IMG/VR virus record: IMGVR_UViG_3300045988_105165
Location: 87,445-151,444 of that record
Strand: one strand, 5' to 3'
DNA length: 64,000 bases
DNA from: a virus
Part shown: positions 19,836 to 30,153 of the stretch, one piece after another
How the letters are laid out: each line of letters opens with the position of its first letter
How positions within the stretch are numbered: the stretch's first letter is position 1
Notes under the pieces: model-generated
Database searches by the model: none
Seen by the model: the letters and a program-made list of their open reading frames with translations, nothing else
Told to the model about the DNA's origin: nothing
Translations under genes and position numbers: made by a program

Positions 19836-22800
19836 ATGGTATCAACGTGTATTATTAAAAGAGATAATAAAAAGAAAGTTGTTTCTGTCTCTACCAGATC
19901 AGGGGACAGGTCTATGTTGTTTGATAAAATAGCATCTGTTCCTCTTATGGAGAACAGGGAGCGGGCTACTACTGTTTTTAAAACCGTATTTTCCAACAAG
20001 TTCTTAAAGGCTTTTGGCGACTGGAGAAGGAATGTACCTGTTAATAAACAGGCCTACAATAAGGTGAAATCCAACATCGATCTTATTCCGGAAGCCTATA
20101 GGGAAAGGGTGCTGGATAAGGCTTCTAAGATGAGTAACCCTGTTCTTGTGTCAAAATCAGATGCACCTTATGAAATCCAAGAATCGGGCTTTGGATTCTA
20201 CAGCCAAAATCTGGGTGATAATATTATGTTGGTGGATGCTATGGTCCCGTCAAGTATTTCCGTACCGGAAGGACCTGGAATAGACGCCGGGCAGTATCTA
20301 CAAGATACCATATCTTCGGACTTCACTCCCGTATCTGTGGTACAGGATAAGGGTGTTAATTATATGGTTATAAAAGACGGTCTTAAGATGTTTAGCCCAG
20401 AAGAGCTACCAGAAACAGATTCTAATCCTGTGGGTGTAACGTATCAGACTGGAGAGCCTCGTTTGTTTTTCATGAACGATCGTAATCAATTATTTGAAGA
20501 TTACGGAGAAGCTCTTCGCTCTGGCGGGAATGATATTAGAATAGGATTCTTATCAGGAACCGTTCAAGAATCTACCGTGGATGGCGTGGCAGACATTACT
20601 TACAAAGCTGGAAAGTATGTTCTTAATAATCCCAAGTCTTTTATACCGGTCATGACCGCTTCTGCTTCTACTTCTTTATCAACAAAAGGCGGGATAATTA
20701 ACTACCTTATAAAGAAAGGTCTTTTGTCCGGATCCAAGATATTCGATCCGGAAACAAGAAGCTATTATATTACAGGAGAAGGACATACAGGACAAATTAG
20801 ACTTTTCAATTCAGCATTATCCTACACTGAGCTCCGTAATCATTTTGGTTCTGATGTTTCCATGAATGATCAAGGCATGATAACCATAAATTCATTGGAT
20901 AATAGTAAGGTAACTATGAGACTCGCCACCGGAGGAACGGAAAGGGTTAGCAGGGGGCAGATAAAGAACGATCTCAAGTCAGGAAGATACAATGAATTGG
21001 ACGCCAAGTACGATCATTTTGATGCGCTTGTAGTTTCATTCATATTAGAAGACAACGATCTTTATGCTGATACTAAAGCTAAGATCGTATCGGATTATAG
21101 CCAAGAGGAACGTAATCAACGAAATTCTATTGTTGAGATACTGAAAACGCTGGGCGTTAGTGTCGTTGGCATGACCGATTATATAGAGAAGTACCAAACT
21201 AAATACGGACACGAACCTTCTGCTAAAGCATTGGCGGATATTGCCAATAACGTAATAGCAGTCGGTGAAGATGCTACTTTGTCTGACTTAGTAGAAGAAA
21301 CAGCACACTTTCTCGTAGAGGCGTACAGAGATCAGAATGCTGTTGAATCTGTTTTGCAAGATGTAGAAGGCACTGAAGAATGGAATCAGTATGCAGGTCA
21401 GTATTATAATACATACGGTAAGGTATATGAAGGCTCTGAACTTGATAATGCTGTTAGGAGAGAAATTCTTGGAAAGATCCTCGCCAGGGAGATACAGACC
21501 GGCACAGCACAGGCGCCGGTAGAGCCCACCTCCTTCCTGGGGCGCGTCCGGCAGCTTCTCTCTGGAATTGTAAACTGGCTTAAATCAGCTTTATCAACCC
21601 AAAGACAGGATTTGAATAACGTTATTAAAAATATTCGTGATCTTGCTATTACCGACATAGATAAAGGATTTGATACTTCTCTTTTGAAGGATAATGACTT
21701 TACATTATACTCCCTTTCTTCTATGAACAAGAACAAGTTTCTTGAGTCTAAGATCAGATCGCTAAGAAAAACATTAAGAGACTTACGTCAGATAAGCTCT
21801 GATAGGGCTGTAACTACGTCTATGACCCTTGCTCAGCTTAAGACCATAGAAGATAAGATAAATAAAGTAGAGACCGAGATAGACAAGAATGAGATGGCGG
21901 CTGCCATGAACAGCATGATCTCCACAGCCGAAGCTCAGGTCAGATACTTAAGTAATGTGGTGAACACCATCCTTCATGGTGATACCAAAGACGGTAAGCT
22001 TCACTTCAATACCAATGATCGAAAGAACGTAGATATTATCAACAATCAGGTTCTTCCGATCATGAACGATCTTCGAGGATATATCCGTAACAGAAGTACC
22101 GAATTTGATGAACGTGAAAAGCAGGATTATACAAATAGGATCAATACCGTCATTGCCGACATCAATGGTATTCAGTCTGATATTAAATCAGTACAAGACC
22201 TTGATGAAAGTACGTTGCTTGATAAGTTAATGAATGAACTTCATGTGCCGGCAGATAAGGTAAAGAGAGTAAAAGAATTTTTTGACAAAGTTCAACATGA
22301 TGTCTCTTGGATAAGTAGGTGGTTTGGTATATTAGAGCATTCTTCCAGCCCGTTCAATAACGCTCTTGGAGCTATGATTGCCAAAGACAATTACAATGCG
22401 ATGGTGAATGCCCAGCCCGCCATATCCGACTTCCTGGCATATGCGAAAAAGCATGGTTTTAACAAATATGAATTTGAAAAACTGCTTCAGAGAGTAGATG
22501 GCAAAACTTCTAATTACCTTCGTAGTGCTCTTGATATGGCTAAATACGATCGTAATAAGAAGCTGGCGCAGATGCGAGCGTTTGCGACTGCCATGAACAT
22601 AGAGATATCAGAAGAAGAAATTGGTGATGTGGTTGACAATAACCGTAATTACGTATTTAAAAGAGAAGTAGTTGACAAGGATGGAAATACGGTTACTGAA
22701 AACGCTAAATTCAAACCATCGTCTGATAGAGTTAATACCGATATTTTTACCATCGAGCAGGAAAAGATCTATACAGAGCAGATGGAAAAGTGGGATGCTG

Positions 22801-25800
22801 AAAATTCGGAACTGGAATTTAGCGAAAGTTATGCCACAAGAATGGAATCCATATACAAAAAGGCTGAAGAAGAATTAGGGCATCCGGTTTCTCAAACAAC
22901 CAAAGAATACCTTAATGCCCTATCCCGGCAAAAACGGATATTGAGACAGCCTTTTATTGATAGCGGTGGTAATTTTGATGAGGTTGCCTATTTTAAAAGC
23001 AGCAATTACGAAGAAGAAGGACTGCTTCGTAAACAACGTAAGGAAGCAGCTTCGGAATACATATATGTTGGTACCAGACGTGTTGAAAAAACCGGAGACC
23101 AACTTAAGATGGCCAAAGAAATACAAGCCATAAATGAGGTATGGAGAAAAGAATCAAATAATGTTACCAATGCCGTATCAGAATCGTTTTTGCAAAAATT
23201 AAGAACGATTCAGCGTGAGTCAGGAGGGGAAGCTGCGTTGAAGACGCTTATGTTGGGGGGCCACCTGTCATTCAACGATCGGTTTTGGAATGACGTAGAA
23301 TCAGAACAGTCGGCGCGTACCGAATCAAATAACAAGGCTTCGTATCTCAAAATGGCGCATGATATCATTAGCTCTACGACAAGTGATAGAGATGCAACTG
23401 ACGTGGATTCGATTGTAAAAGATATAGAAAAAAATAAGGCCATTATCAAGGAAATAATCGGCAACAACCGAGATGTGGCTGATATCGGAGAAATTAATGA
23501 AGCGACATTTACCTCATCTGAAAGAGATGCTTTTAGGGCCGCATCTGAAGCTATTGAAGCCGATTACGCTATTTTGATAGATTATGCTAAGATGGTGGGT
23601 CTTGAAGATATTGATAAGTACCTTACTAAAAGCAGTAAGGCCGAAAACGAAGTAAATCAGTCTTATTTAAATGCTCTTGCTGACTCCAAGGAAATTGAAT
23701 GGCAGTTTGCACAGCGTCATACTACTGCCAAAAAAGCCAAAAGGATTCAGGCTCTTAGAGATAAGTTATTCATGGCTCAAGATAACAGGTATATGTTTAC
23801 CGTCTCTGAAACCAACTACTTGTCAGAAAAATTGGGAATAGATAAAAAGCTAGATCGTAGAGATTTTAGGAATGCGGTTAGAGCCAAGATGTCTGACATA
23901 TTTGGACACGATAACGGAGTAGCTGAAGTGAACGATATCGTTAATGAATTTGCCAGGAGCCAGGTCTTTTCGTACTATAAACGCATGGCGCCTACCGGAT
24001 ATGCGGCTATGATCGACAAAATCGGTCGAGGTGAGATAGATGTGGCGCAGATGGTTAAGGACGTACAAAACGGTACATCCACCCAAGATTATGGCATGGA
24101 CATATCGTACTTGTCTTTCGACCCTGCAAGGGCATTGGTGGCTGAATCTGAAGCCGAAAATAGCGGTCGTAATCCTGATTATGTAAAAGATCATGGGTAT
24201 GGTCATCGAATGCCTAAGAAAAGCCTGTATCGTGATGAATCGTATTTCAACGACTTCGGCATTAAGTATGATGCTGATGGTAATGAGGTCGCTACTAAAA
24301 ACGTAGAGCAGTGGAATATGATTCAAAAACTCAAGGAAATAAAAAGACAATCCCTTGATCTATATAAAGAGCAGAGCCCTAATCTGTATGCTATTCCACA
24401 GATATCCAAACAAGATATAGAACGTATAGAAGGATTGGGTATTAACTTCAAAAATACGGTTCGTAATTTTGTATCAGATCTGTGCCTGGACAGAGTAGAC
24501 GATTCTTTATACGGTAAAACCAGACAAGGGGAAGTATATGATCCGGAAGACAGACTTAGGTCTATACCTAAATACTACATATATGAATTGGAAAACCAAG
24601 ATGATGTATCTCACGATTTTGGCTACTCTTATTCGATGCTTATGATGCAGTCATCGTTATACAACGAAAAGCAGAAGTCTATAGAGCTTGCCCAAGGACT
24701 GGAACAGATGTTGCTGAATAAGCAATTTGAAGGCGGGAAGAAAGCTGAAGCAACCCAAGCATATCAGATGTTCAGGGACTTCTTCAATGACCATTATTAT
24801 GGCATTAGGATGAACACCAAAAAACTGACGGTAAACATCGGTGGATACACAGTAGACCTTACCAGGATAATGATGGCCGTTGAAAGATTTATGTCGGTCA
24901 TGAACTTGGCGCTGTCCCCGTTTGTGGCAGCTACTGGCGCCTTAACAGGTCATATTAACCTCATCATGGAATCTGCCGTAGGACAGTATATAAGCAAAGA
25001 TTCCCTTAAATACGCATCGGCTGAGTTTTCACGTCTTGCGCCATCTTGTATAGCAGAAATCGGAGACATAGATAGGAAAAGCAAATTATATGTCATAGGT
25101 GAGAGAATGGGGATTTTCAACATACGAAACAGAATGTATGGTGCCGGATACAATAGAGTGGCCAGGACCTTAATGCGTTCACCGATGTATGCTTTTATGG
25201 AGATCATGAACTACCCTCTTGACCCGCAGGTTATGATTGCCACTATGGATAACGTGCGATACTATAAAGGTCGGTTCTACACGTTCCAGGATTTCAAGAT
25301 GGAAAAAGAACGCAATAAAGAACAGAGTACTATAAAAAGAGAATGGAATGCATTAAAAGATCGTACTTTATGGAGTATGGTAGACGTCGTGGATGGAAAG
25401 GTGGTCGTAAAACCTGGATCGGGTGTTACTGCCGAGGAAGTTGAAACCCAAATGGCTATAACCCGTAATCAAGTTCGTAGCTTGTCTCAGATATGTAACG
25501 GATCTTTGAATGAAGAAAATCGGACTGCCGCATCACGCAACTGGATAGCCAGGTTCATGACCGCCCACCGAGGATGGTTGGTGCTGGCGGCTCAACGTCT
25601 GTGGAAAAGGCGTGGCTTCAATTTCCAAACAATGCAAGAAGAGGAGGGACTGTCAATTACGTTAAAGAATATGATAGCCAAAACATTTAGCTTAGCTTCC
25701 GAGTCTGGTATGAAAAACATCATAGATGCCTGGAACGAAAATAAAGACAATATGAATGAGGTAGAGAAAACTAATCTCAAACGCCTCAGTGTCTATGCCG

Positions 25801-26249
25801 GTACGTTCCTTATCATGCAAGCCGTATCTATGCTTCTTGCCGGGTGGCGTGATGATGATGAAAACGAAGAAAGTTGGCTTACTCAATTCGGATCCTACGT
25901 CGGATTCAGAACCATAAATGAAATAGCTTCACAGATGCCATTTATTATGGAGCTTAACGTGGTTGATATCATTAACGACCCGTTTGTTATGGGACGGAAA
26001 CTTAAGGACCTTACCGATCTTAGGAATTATTCACTTGATAAAGTAACATCTGGTACATACAAGGGGGAGGCTAAGTTATTTAGGCAACTCGCCAAACAGA
26101 CGTTTATCAAACAATGGTATAATATCAAGACGCCGGAAGACGTAGCGCGCGCCTATAATTGGTGGCAGCAGACGAACAACAAGTCAATGATGTTCTTCAT
26201 CGGCGCCACTCCTGATTCGGAAGGAGACGATGATGTTAGTTACAAATAG
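19836..26249 (+). CDS. giant 2137-aa protein, candidate ejected/internal virion protein
   Basis: Uninterrupted 6.4-kb ORF, no recognised catalytic motif. Followed by a strong bidirectional terminator. Confidence 0.7.
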   Translation: MVSTCIIKRDNKKKVVSVSTRSGDRSMLFDKIASVPLMENRERATTVFKTVFSNKFLKAFGDWRRNVPVNKQAYNKVKSNIDLIPEAYRERVLDKASKMSNPVLVSKSDAPYEIQESGFGFYSQNLGDNIMLVDAMVPSSISVPEGPGIDAGQYLQDTISSDFTPVSVVQDKGVNYMVIKDGLKMFSPEELPETDSNPVGVTYQTGEPRLFFMNDRNQLFEDYGEALRSGGNDIRIGFLSGTVQESTVDGVADITYKAGKYVLNNPKSFIPVMTASASTSLSTKGGIINYLIKKGLLSGSKIFDPETRSYYITGEGHTGQIRLFNSALSYTELRNHFGSDVSMNDQGMITINSLDNSKVTMRLATGGTERVSRGQIKNDLKSGRYNELDAKYDHFDALVVSFILEDNDLYADTKAKIVSDYSQEERNQRNSIVEILKTLGVSVVGMTDYIEKYQTKYGHEPSAKALADIANNVIAVGEDATLSDLVEETAHFLVEAYRDQNAVESVLQDVEGTEEWNQYAGQYYNTYGKVYEGSELDNAVRREILGKILAREIQTGTAQAPVEPTSFLGRVRQLLSGIVNWLKSALSTQRQDLNNVIKNIRDLAITDIDKGFDTSLLKDNDFTLYSLSSMNKNKFLESKIRSLRKTLRDLRQISSDRAVTTSMTLAQLKTIEDKINKVETEIDKNEMAAAMNSMISTAEAQVRYLSNVVNTILHGDTKDGKLHFNTNDRKNVDIINNQVLPIMNDLRGYIRNRSTEFDEREKQDYTNRINTVIADINGIQSDIKSVQDLDESTLLDKLMNELHVPADKVKRVKEFFDKVQHDVSWISRWFGILEHSSSPFNNALGAMIAKDNYNAMVNAQPAISDFLAYAKKHGFNKYEFEKLLQRVDGKTSNYLRSALDMAKYDRNKKLAQMRAFATAMNIEISEEEIGDVVDNNRNYVFKREVVDKDGNTVTENAKFKPSSDRVNTDIFTIEQEKIYTEQMEKWDAENSELEFSESYATRMESIYKKAEEELGHPVSQTTKEYLNALSRQKRILRQPFIDSGGNFDEVAYFKSSNYEEEGLLRKQRKEAASEYIYVGTRRVEKTGDQLKMAKEIQAINEVWRKESNNVTNAVSESFLQKLRTIQRESGGEAALKTLMLGGHLSFNDRFWNDVESEQSARTESNNKASYLKMAHDIISSTTSDRDATDVDSIVKDIEKNKAIIKEIIGNNRDVADIGEINEATFTSSERDAFRAASEAIEADYAILIDYAKMVGLEDIDKYLTKSSKAENEVNQSYLNALADSKEIEWQFAQRHTTAKKAKRIQALRDKLFMAQDNRYMFTVSETNYLSEKLGIDKKLDRRDFRNAVRAKMSDIFGHDNGVAEVNDIVNEFARSQVFSYYKRMAPTGYAAMIDKIGRGEIDVAQMVKDVQNGTSTQDYGMDISYLSFDPARALVAESEAENSGRNPDYVKDHGYGHRMPKKSLYRDESYFNDFGIKYDADGNEVATKNVEQWNMIQKLKEIKRQSLDLYKEQSPNLYAIPQISKQDIERIEGLGINFKNTVRNFVSDLCLDRVDDSLYGKTRQGEVYDPEDRLRSIPKYYIYELENQDDVSHDFGYSYSMLMMQSSLYNEKQKSIELAQGLEQMLLNKQFEGGKKAEATQAYQMFRDFFNDHYYGIRMNTKKLTVNIGGYTVDLTRIMMAVERFMSVMNLALSPFVAATGALTGHINLIMESAVGQYISKDSLKYASAEFSRLAPSCIAEIGDIDRKSKLYVIGERMGIFNIRNRMYGAGYNRVARTLMRSPMYAFMEIMNYPLDPQVMIATMDNVRYYKGRFYTFQDFKMEKERNKEQSTIKREWNALKDRTLWSMVDVVDGKVVVKPGSGVTAEEVETQMAITRNQVRSLSQICNGSLNEENRTAASRNWIARFMTAHRGWLVLAAQRLWKRRGFNFQTMQEEEGLSITLKNMIAKTFSLASESGMKNIIDAWNENKDNMNEVEKTNLKRLSVYAGTFLIMQAVSMLLAGWRDDDENEESWLTQFGSYVGFRTINEIASQMPFIMELNVVDIINDPFVMGRKLKDLTDLRNYSLDKVTSGTYKGEAKLFRQLAKQTFIKQWYNIKTPEDVARAYNWWQQTNNKSMMFFIGATPDSEGDDDVSYK

Positions 26250-26386
26250 ACGAAGAATATCGGACTTGCATTGTTTTTGTATGATTCCAATATGCTATAT
26301 TAGTATCGTCAAAGAGTAGATTGTACGTTTTTTTGTTCTTGCTTGAAAGATTATGTAGGTTTAATTTTTTCTGAAATTGTTTTCTT

Positions 26387-26430
26387 ACCGGTTCTCAGTC
26401 AGAGATGATAGAGAACCGGTTTCTTTTGTT
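26387..26430. terminator. bidirectional hairpin terminator ACCGGTTCTC(14 nt)GAGAACCGGT plus TTCTTTTGTT, at the convergent strand switch
   Basis: Perfect 10-bp inverted repeat with a T-rich tail. Lies between the plus block and the minus block. Confidence 0.6.
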
Positions 26431-26440
26431 ATGAAAAAAA

Positions 26441-26460
26441 GGTATATAATTACCTAAGTT
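26441..26460. promoter_or_regulatory. dyad motif copy a: AGGTATATAATTACCTAAG
   Basis: One of four copies of GGT(A/G)TATAAT(T/C)ACC. The minus-strand read is CTTAGGTAATTATATACC followed by T7. Confidence 0.35.
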
Positions 26461-26461
26461 T

Positions 26462-26950
26462 TTAAGCATTAACTTCATGACCTTCCCTATCTGTTAAAGC
26501 CAAACCAACACCTTCTATAACGTATCCTACTACAGGAGCCTTATCAAATTCCTCCTTCGTAGCCCAAGTAGCATTATCAGGCATCAGATCCTTAAATGCA
26601 TCCGAAACATCACCTTGGCACCAGCAGTTATTTGATGCAACAATACCCTTCCCTTCGATATTGATATACATTTTTCTTCCACCACATCCAAGGCTATTCC
26701 ATCCTCTTGGCACGTTTTCCACCATAGGCTTAAGCACCCAGCTTTCACCGTCTATCCTAACCCATCCAGGATCGTCTTTGTGCTTGTCGTACATATTTTG
26801 CCAAAAAGAGCATTCGTAGCACCATCCCTTGTCTTCCATGATAGTTCTTATCTCACACCTTTCAAATCCATCTGCATCCAACGTGTGCGGAGAATGAGGC
26901 TGGTGAGGGGTGCCACATTTTGGACATACGAGTTTTAAATTATCTTTCAT
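26462..26950 (-). CDS. Cys-rich protein (N-terminal CPKCG..H..H zinc ribbon)
   Basis: 162-aa ORF, last gene of the minus block. Confidence 0.5.
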   Translation of the reverse strand: MKDNLKLVCPKCGTPHQPHSPHTLDADGFERCEIRTIMEDKGWCYECSFWQNMYDKHKDDPGWVRIDGESWVLKPMVENVPRGWNSLGCGGRKMYINIEGKGIVASNNCWCQGDVSDAFKDLMPDNATWATKEEFDKAPVVGYVIEGVGLALTDREGHEVNA

Positions 26951-27188
26951 ATTGCTTTACTTTTACGATTTTAATAGAATCACCAATATTGTATTCTCCT
27001 TGGTATCCAACGAATTTTATAATTCTATTATTTTTAAATATTGAAACTCTTTCGTCTTCACCATAATATATCACACGTCCACCATCTAAAGGAAGTAGAT
27101 CATATATAACCCATCCGTTATTAACCTGACTATCATCATGCGAACATGATGATAACACAAGTGCCATCAATAAAATAAAATACTTCAT
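26940..27188 (-). CDS. putative lipoprotein (signal peptide with lipobox LSSC)
   Basis: MKYFILLMALVLSSC has a hydrophobic core followed by L-S-S-C. 82 aa. Confidence 0.45.
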   Translation of the reverse strand: MKYFILLMALVLSSCSHDDSQVNNGWVIYDLLPLDGGRVIYYGEDERVSIFKNNRIIKFVGYQGEYNIGDSIKIVKVKQYER

Positions 27189-27195
27189 ATTATTT

Positions 27196-27387
27196 TCAGC
27201 ATAAAAATTTGTAACCTGGTTTTACTGTCTCCGCTTCTTCTCTCGTATCAAACATTAAGGTAGTGACAGCTCCTATGCCTTCGCAAACGTAAGATACTTT
27301 CACCCACCACCTAAAAATCCCAGATCCGTAATCATCATAGTACGGCTCAGAAAGAACTTCTTCTACATACCCATCCAAATAATTCAC
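27196..27387 (-). CDS. hypothetical protein (63 aa)
   Basis: 4-nt overlap with the next gene. Confidence 0.4.
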   Translation of the reverse strand: MNYLDGYVEEVLSEPYYDDYGSGIFRWWVKVSYVCEGIGAVTTLMFDTREEAETVKPGYKFLC

Positions 27388-28097
27388 GATCGCTCCTCCT
27401 TATTTTTAGATTCAGCCTCTTCAAGTATGCTGATCACCTTATCAACAATATCCGAATCAGACATTTTCTCAATAAAAATATCCATTGCCTTAGTTATGTC
27501 ATTGGCTTCTTTTTCTTCAAGAGCTATTTCCCCACCGGTAATAGCATCAGATAATGATGTAGATAAGTGTCTTATCTTATCAATGCTCATAAACGTAAAT
27601 GGATTACCACCCCAGCCACCACCCATTTCTTTCATGATCTGATATCCACCTGAAATAAGTCTGCCTGATGTCATGGCCAAGGAGGATACGATTAGGGACA
27701 GTACCGCCGCTTCCGTCCGCTCCTCGGACACACCCCTCGACCACACGACTGCCCTTATAGCGCCGGCCAGGTCGTCTATGTATGGCATGAGGCAATCCTC
27801 CATCGCTTGTGTTATATCAGCCATAACCTCACTACGCTCTTTATTTATGTAGTAGATAGAAGCATTGTACTTCTTTATCTCTTTGTCCATGTCATTTAAA
27901 AGACGCTTGATATTGTGCTTATACATAGGACTGGTTTTAATTACCTCCTTTAGCTTAAGAATGTAATTATAAGCCTGGTCGTTTACGAACAACGTCATGG
28001 TCTCAACCGTTGAATGAAGCGTGTTGAGGCTGTTAAGAATCTTATCGAAATTGTTTATCAAATAAACTTTTCTGGCTTTTGCTGCGTAATTAATCAT
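27384..28097 (-). CDS. hypothetical protein (237 aa)
   Basis: Co-directional ORF. Confidence 0.5.
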   Translation of the reverse strand: MINYAAKARKVYLINNFDKILNSLNTLHSTVETMTLFVNDQAYNYILKLKEVIKTSPMYKHNIKRLLNDMDKEIKKYNASIYYINKERSEVMADITQAMEDCLMPYIDDLAGAIRAVVWSRGVSEERTEAAVLSLIVSSLAMTSGRLISGGYQIMKEMGGGWGGNPFTFMSIDKIRHLSTSLSDAITGGEIALEEKEANDITKAMDIFIEKMSDSDIVDKVISILEEAESKNKEERS

Positions 28098-28620
28098 CGC
28101 ATTTAAATTTTAGATTTTCAAGTTCATTCAATTGTTTCTTAGTAGACTCGATCAGGTACGTTCTCCGTTTCTCTGCATGTTTTAAAGCTTCTTCTTTGCT
28201 CTCAAAAGCATCCCTTCCTATTTCATAAGGAGTAAACCTATCAGGAATGTCAGCTAACAAAAGACCACCATACTCTTCTATTTTAGCTTTTACTTTTCTT
28301 ATTATACCGTCTCTCAGGCACGCATCCGTAACCCATATAAATCTATCACATTCTTCTAATTCCCTTTCGTACAATTCATACCATTCCGGCTTAGGGAATC
28401 TTAATGTGAATCTAATTTCGGTATCTTTCTCTAAGACATTAATATCATACGCCTCCGGCCACAGTTCTTTTATGCTGTCTTCATCTTCAGCATACGCCAC
28501 CAATACAAATGAATTACTGGATTCTGCGCTACACCAATACGGGTATTTTATAGGCCATTTGACTGGACGGTAATCATTGTCACAGTCATCCTTTCTAATG
28601 TGAAATCTTGCTCTGATCAT
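28090..28620 (-). CDS. hypothetical protein (176 aa)
   Basis: Co-directional ORF. Confidence 0.5.
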   Translation of the reverse strand: MIRARFHIRKDDCDNDYRPVKWPIKYPYWCSAESSNSFVLVAYAEDEDSIKELWPEAYDINVLEKDTEIRFTLRFPKPEWYELYERELEECDRFIWVTDACLRDGIIRKVKAKIEEYGGLLLADIPDRFTPYEIGRDAFESKEEALKHAEKRRTYLIESTKKQLNELENLKFKCDD

Positions 28621-28621
28621 A

Positions 28622-28930
28622 TTATTCTACTTTTTTGATTTCGCTCAAATCGTCTTCATACACCAAATAAGATCCTCTTCCAGGTCTTCCTTCTTTATTG
28701 GGTGCCTGGATCGTAAATATAACTGTTCCAGTACTCATGATTTGAACGCTCTTGAAGAAACCAACAAGAGATTCTTTCGAACGTTTGTAAAGAACGCTCA
28801 CTTTATCTCCCTTCTTGAATCCATAAACAGAATCGAAATAATCCTTTTTAATTCTTTCAATATTACTTCTGTGTTTGTCCATTGCTTCAAACTCGTCGTC
28901 TAACAGTTGAATCATTTGTTCTTTTGTCAT
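28622..28930 (-). CDS. hypothetical protein (102 aa)
   Basis: Co-directional ORF. Confidence 0.5.
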   Translation of the reverse strand: MTKEQMIQLLDDEFEAMDKHRSNIERIKKDYFDSVYGFKKGDKVSVLYKRSKESLVGFFKSVQIMSTGTVIFTIQAPNKEGRPGRGSYLVYEDDLSEIKKVE

Positions 28931-29484
28931 TTCTTTTCCTTCTTATTTAATGGTATTAATCCTTTTCCGTGCTTATCATACCATAGCATAGCTATACAAT
29001 TCCATGCACATTGTGCAAGATGAAAAGCTCCTGTATCTGAGTCTATTCTTTCTCCTTTCATGTATTCCATTAGGTGTCGAAACATTGCAGCACGATACCG
29101 TTCAAAGCCGTTGTCAAGATTCTGCCAATTATTAGGTTCGTACTTCTTGGCGCCGGCATGATAGACTCTTACAATATCCTCAATCTCTTCCATCGGAAGC
29201 AAATCCCATCGTAGTTTATCATCAATGATGTCATTTTTCACCGATTTGTTTTCTCTGGATACTTTGACAGGAATAATACCCATAATATCCGTTTCTATGA
29301 CGAACGTCTCCCCATTGCAACAAACCTCAGCATATTCATCATCTACCTCTATGTCTGATACTGCCTCCACTATAGCTCCTCTGGCTATTTCTAATTCGGA
29401 ACTGATTGCATCACTTTCCAACATGCGAAAAATAGATCCTTTTGGATAAAGGATGTTTTTAGTATTATTGTCCATCTTTTCCAT
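28927..29484 (-). CDS. MazG-like / dATP-dGTP pyrophosphohydrolase-like domain protein
   Basis: YHAGAKKYEPNNWQN..RYRAAMFRHLMEY..GE.IDSDTGAFHLAQCAWNCIAMLWY resembles the phage MazG-like pattern GAxKY.PNNW...RH...D.ESG.PHLAH..N. Confidence 0.4.
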   Translation of the reverse strand: MEKMDNNTKNILYPKGSIFRMLESDAISSELEIARGAIVEAVSDIEVDDEYAEVCCNGETFVIETDIMGIIPVKVSRENKSVKNDIIDDKLRWDLLPMEEIEDIVRVYHAGAKKYEPNNWQNLDNGFERYRAAMFRHLMEYMKGERIDSDTGAFHLAQCAWNCIAMLWYDKHGKGLIPLNKKEKK

Positions 29485-29528
29485 TGTTTTATCGTTGTTT
29501 TAATTATTTGATATAATAATATAGTCCA

Positions 29529-29894
29529 TCATTTTTCTTTTGCAAAGCGGTCAAATTCTTCTCCGCTCATGACAATGCGGTTAATGATAATTATGCCGTT
29601 ATTGCTATAACTATCATTTTTAACTCCCATGTCATCAAGCTCCTTCTTTAAATCTTCAAATGTAGGGCCTTTCTTGTCTTTAAAAAATAAAGTAGCATGC
29701 ACAACCCTTCCGTTGTTTAGTTTTACTCTCACGGTATAGAGATATCCTTTTTCTTCTTCATCCTTTTTATTGATACCATCAAGGATGCTATTTATCATAT
29801 CCTTGTCCTCACGTGATAGGTTGGATATGGCTATTCTGCCCTTTAATCTAAATATTTCGTTTTCGTTCATGACTTTCTGTTTTATTGTTTTCAA
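29529..29894 (-). CDS. hypothetical protein (121 aa)
   Basis: Co-directional ORF. Confidence 0.45.
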   Translation of the reverse strand: MKTIKQKVMNENEIFRLKGRIAISNLSREDKDMINSILDGINKKDEEEKGYLYTVRVKLNNGRVVHATLFFKDKKGPTFEDLKKELDDMGVKNDSYSNNGIIIINRIVMSGEEFDRFAKEK

Positions 29895-30153
29895 AATATT
29901 GTCTTACGGCTTCTATGGCTTTATCATCATCAAAAGCTTCTTCAAACTCCGTGTAGAACCTATCTCGCTCCATGCAGAATGTGTTTTTCCCTTCCGGTAT
30001 AGGACGGAACACAACCACCCTCTCTTTGTCGTGATTGGTTCCTATTATGTTATTATCTAAGATAATAGAATACCTTCTTGAACTTTTGTTGATAACAACA
30101 TCATGTTGAAGACCATACAATTTAAGTATTTCCCTTAATTCATTTGTTTTCAT
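29848..30153 (-). CDS. hypothetical protein (101 aa)
   Basis: Co-directional ORF. Confidence 0.45.
   Translation of the reverse strand: MKTNELREILKLYGLQHDVVINKSSRRYSIILDNNIIGTNHDKERVVVFRPIPEGKNTFCMERDRFYTEFEEAFDDDKAIEAVRQYFENNKTESHERKRNI

Noticed and set aside
1535-26249. Giant ORFs as multisubunit-like virion RNA polymerase (crAss-like DxDGD)
   Set aside because: No DxDGD or NADFDGD metal-binding motifs found. Only an EEDGDKKGDGEG low-complexity stretch is present.
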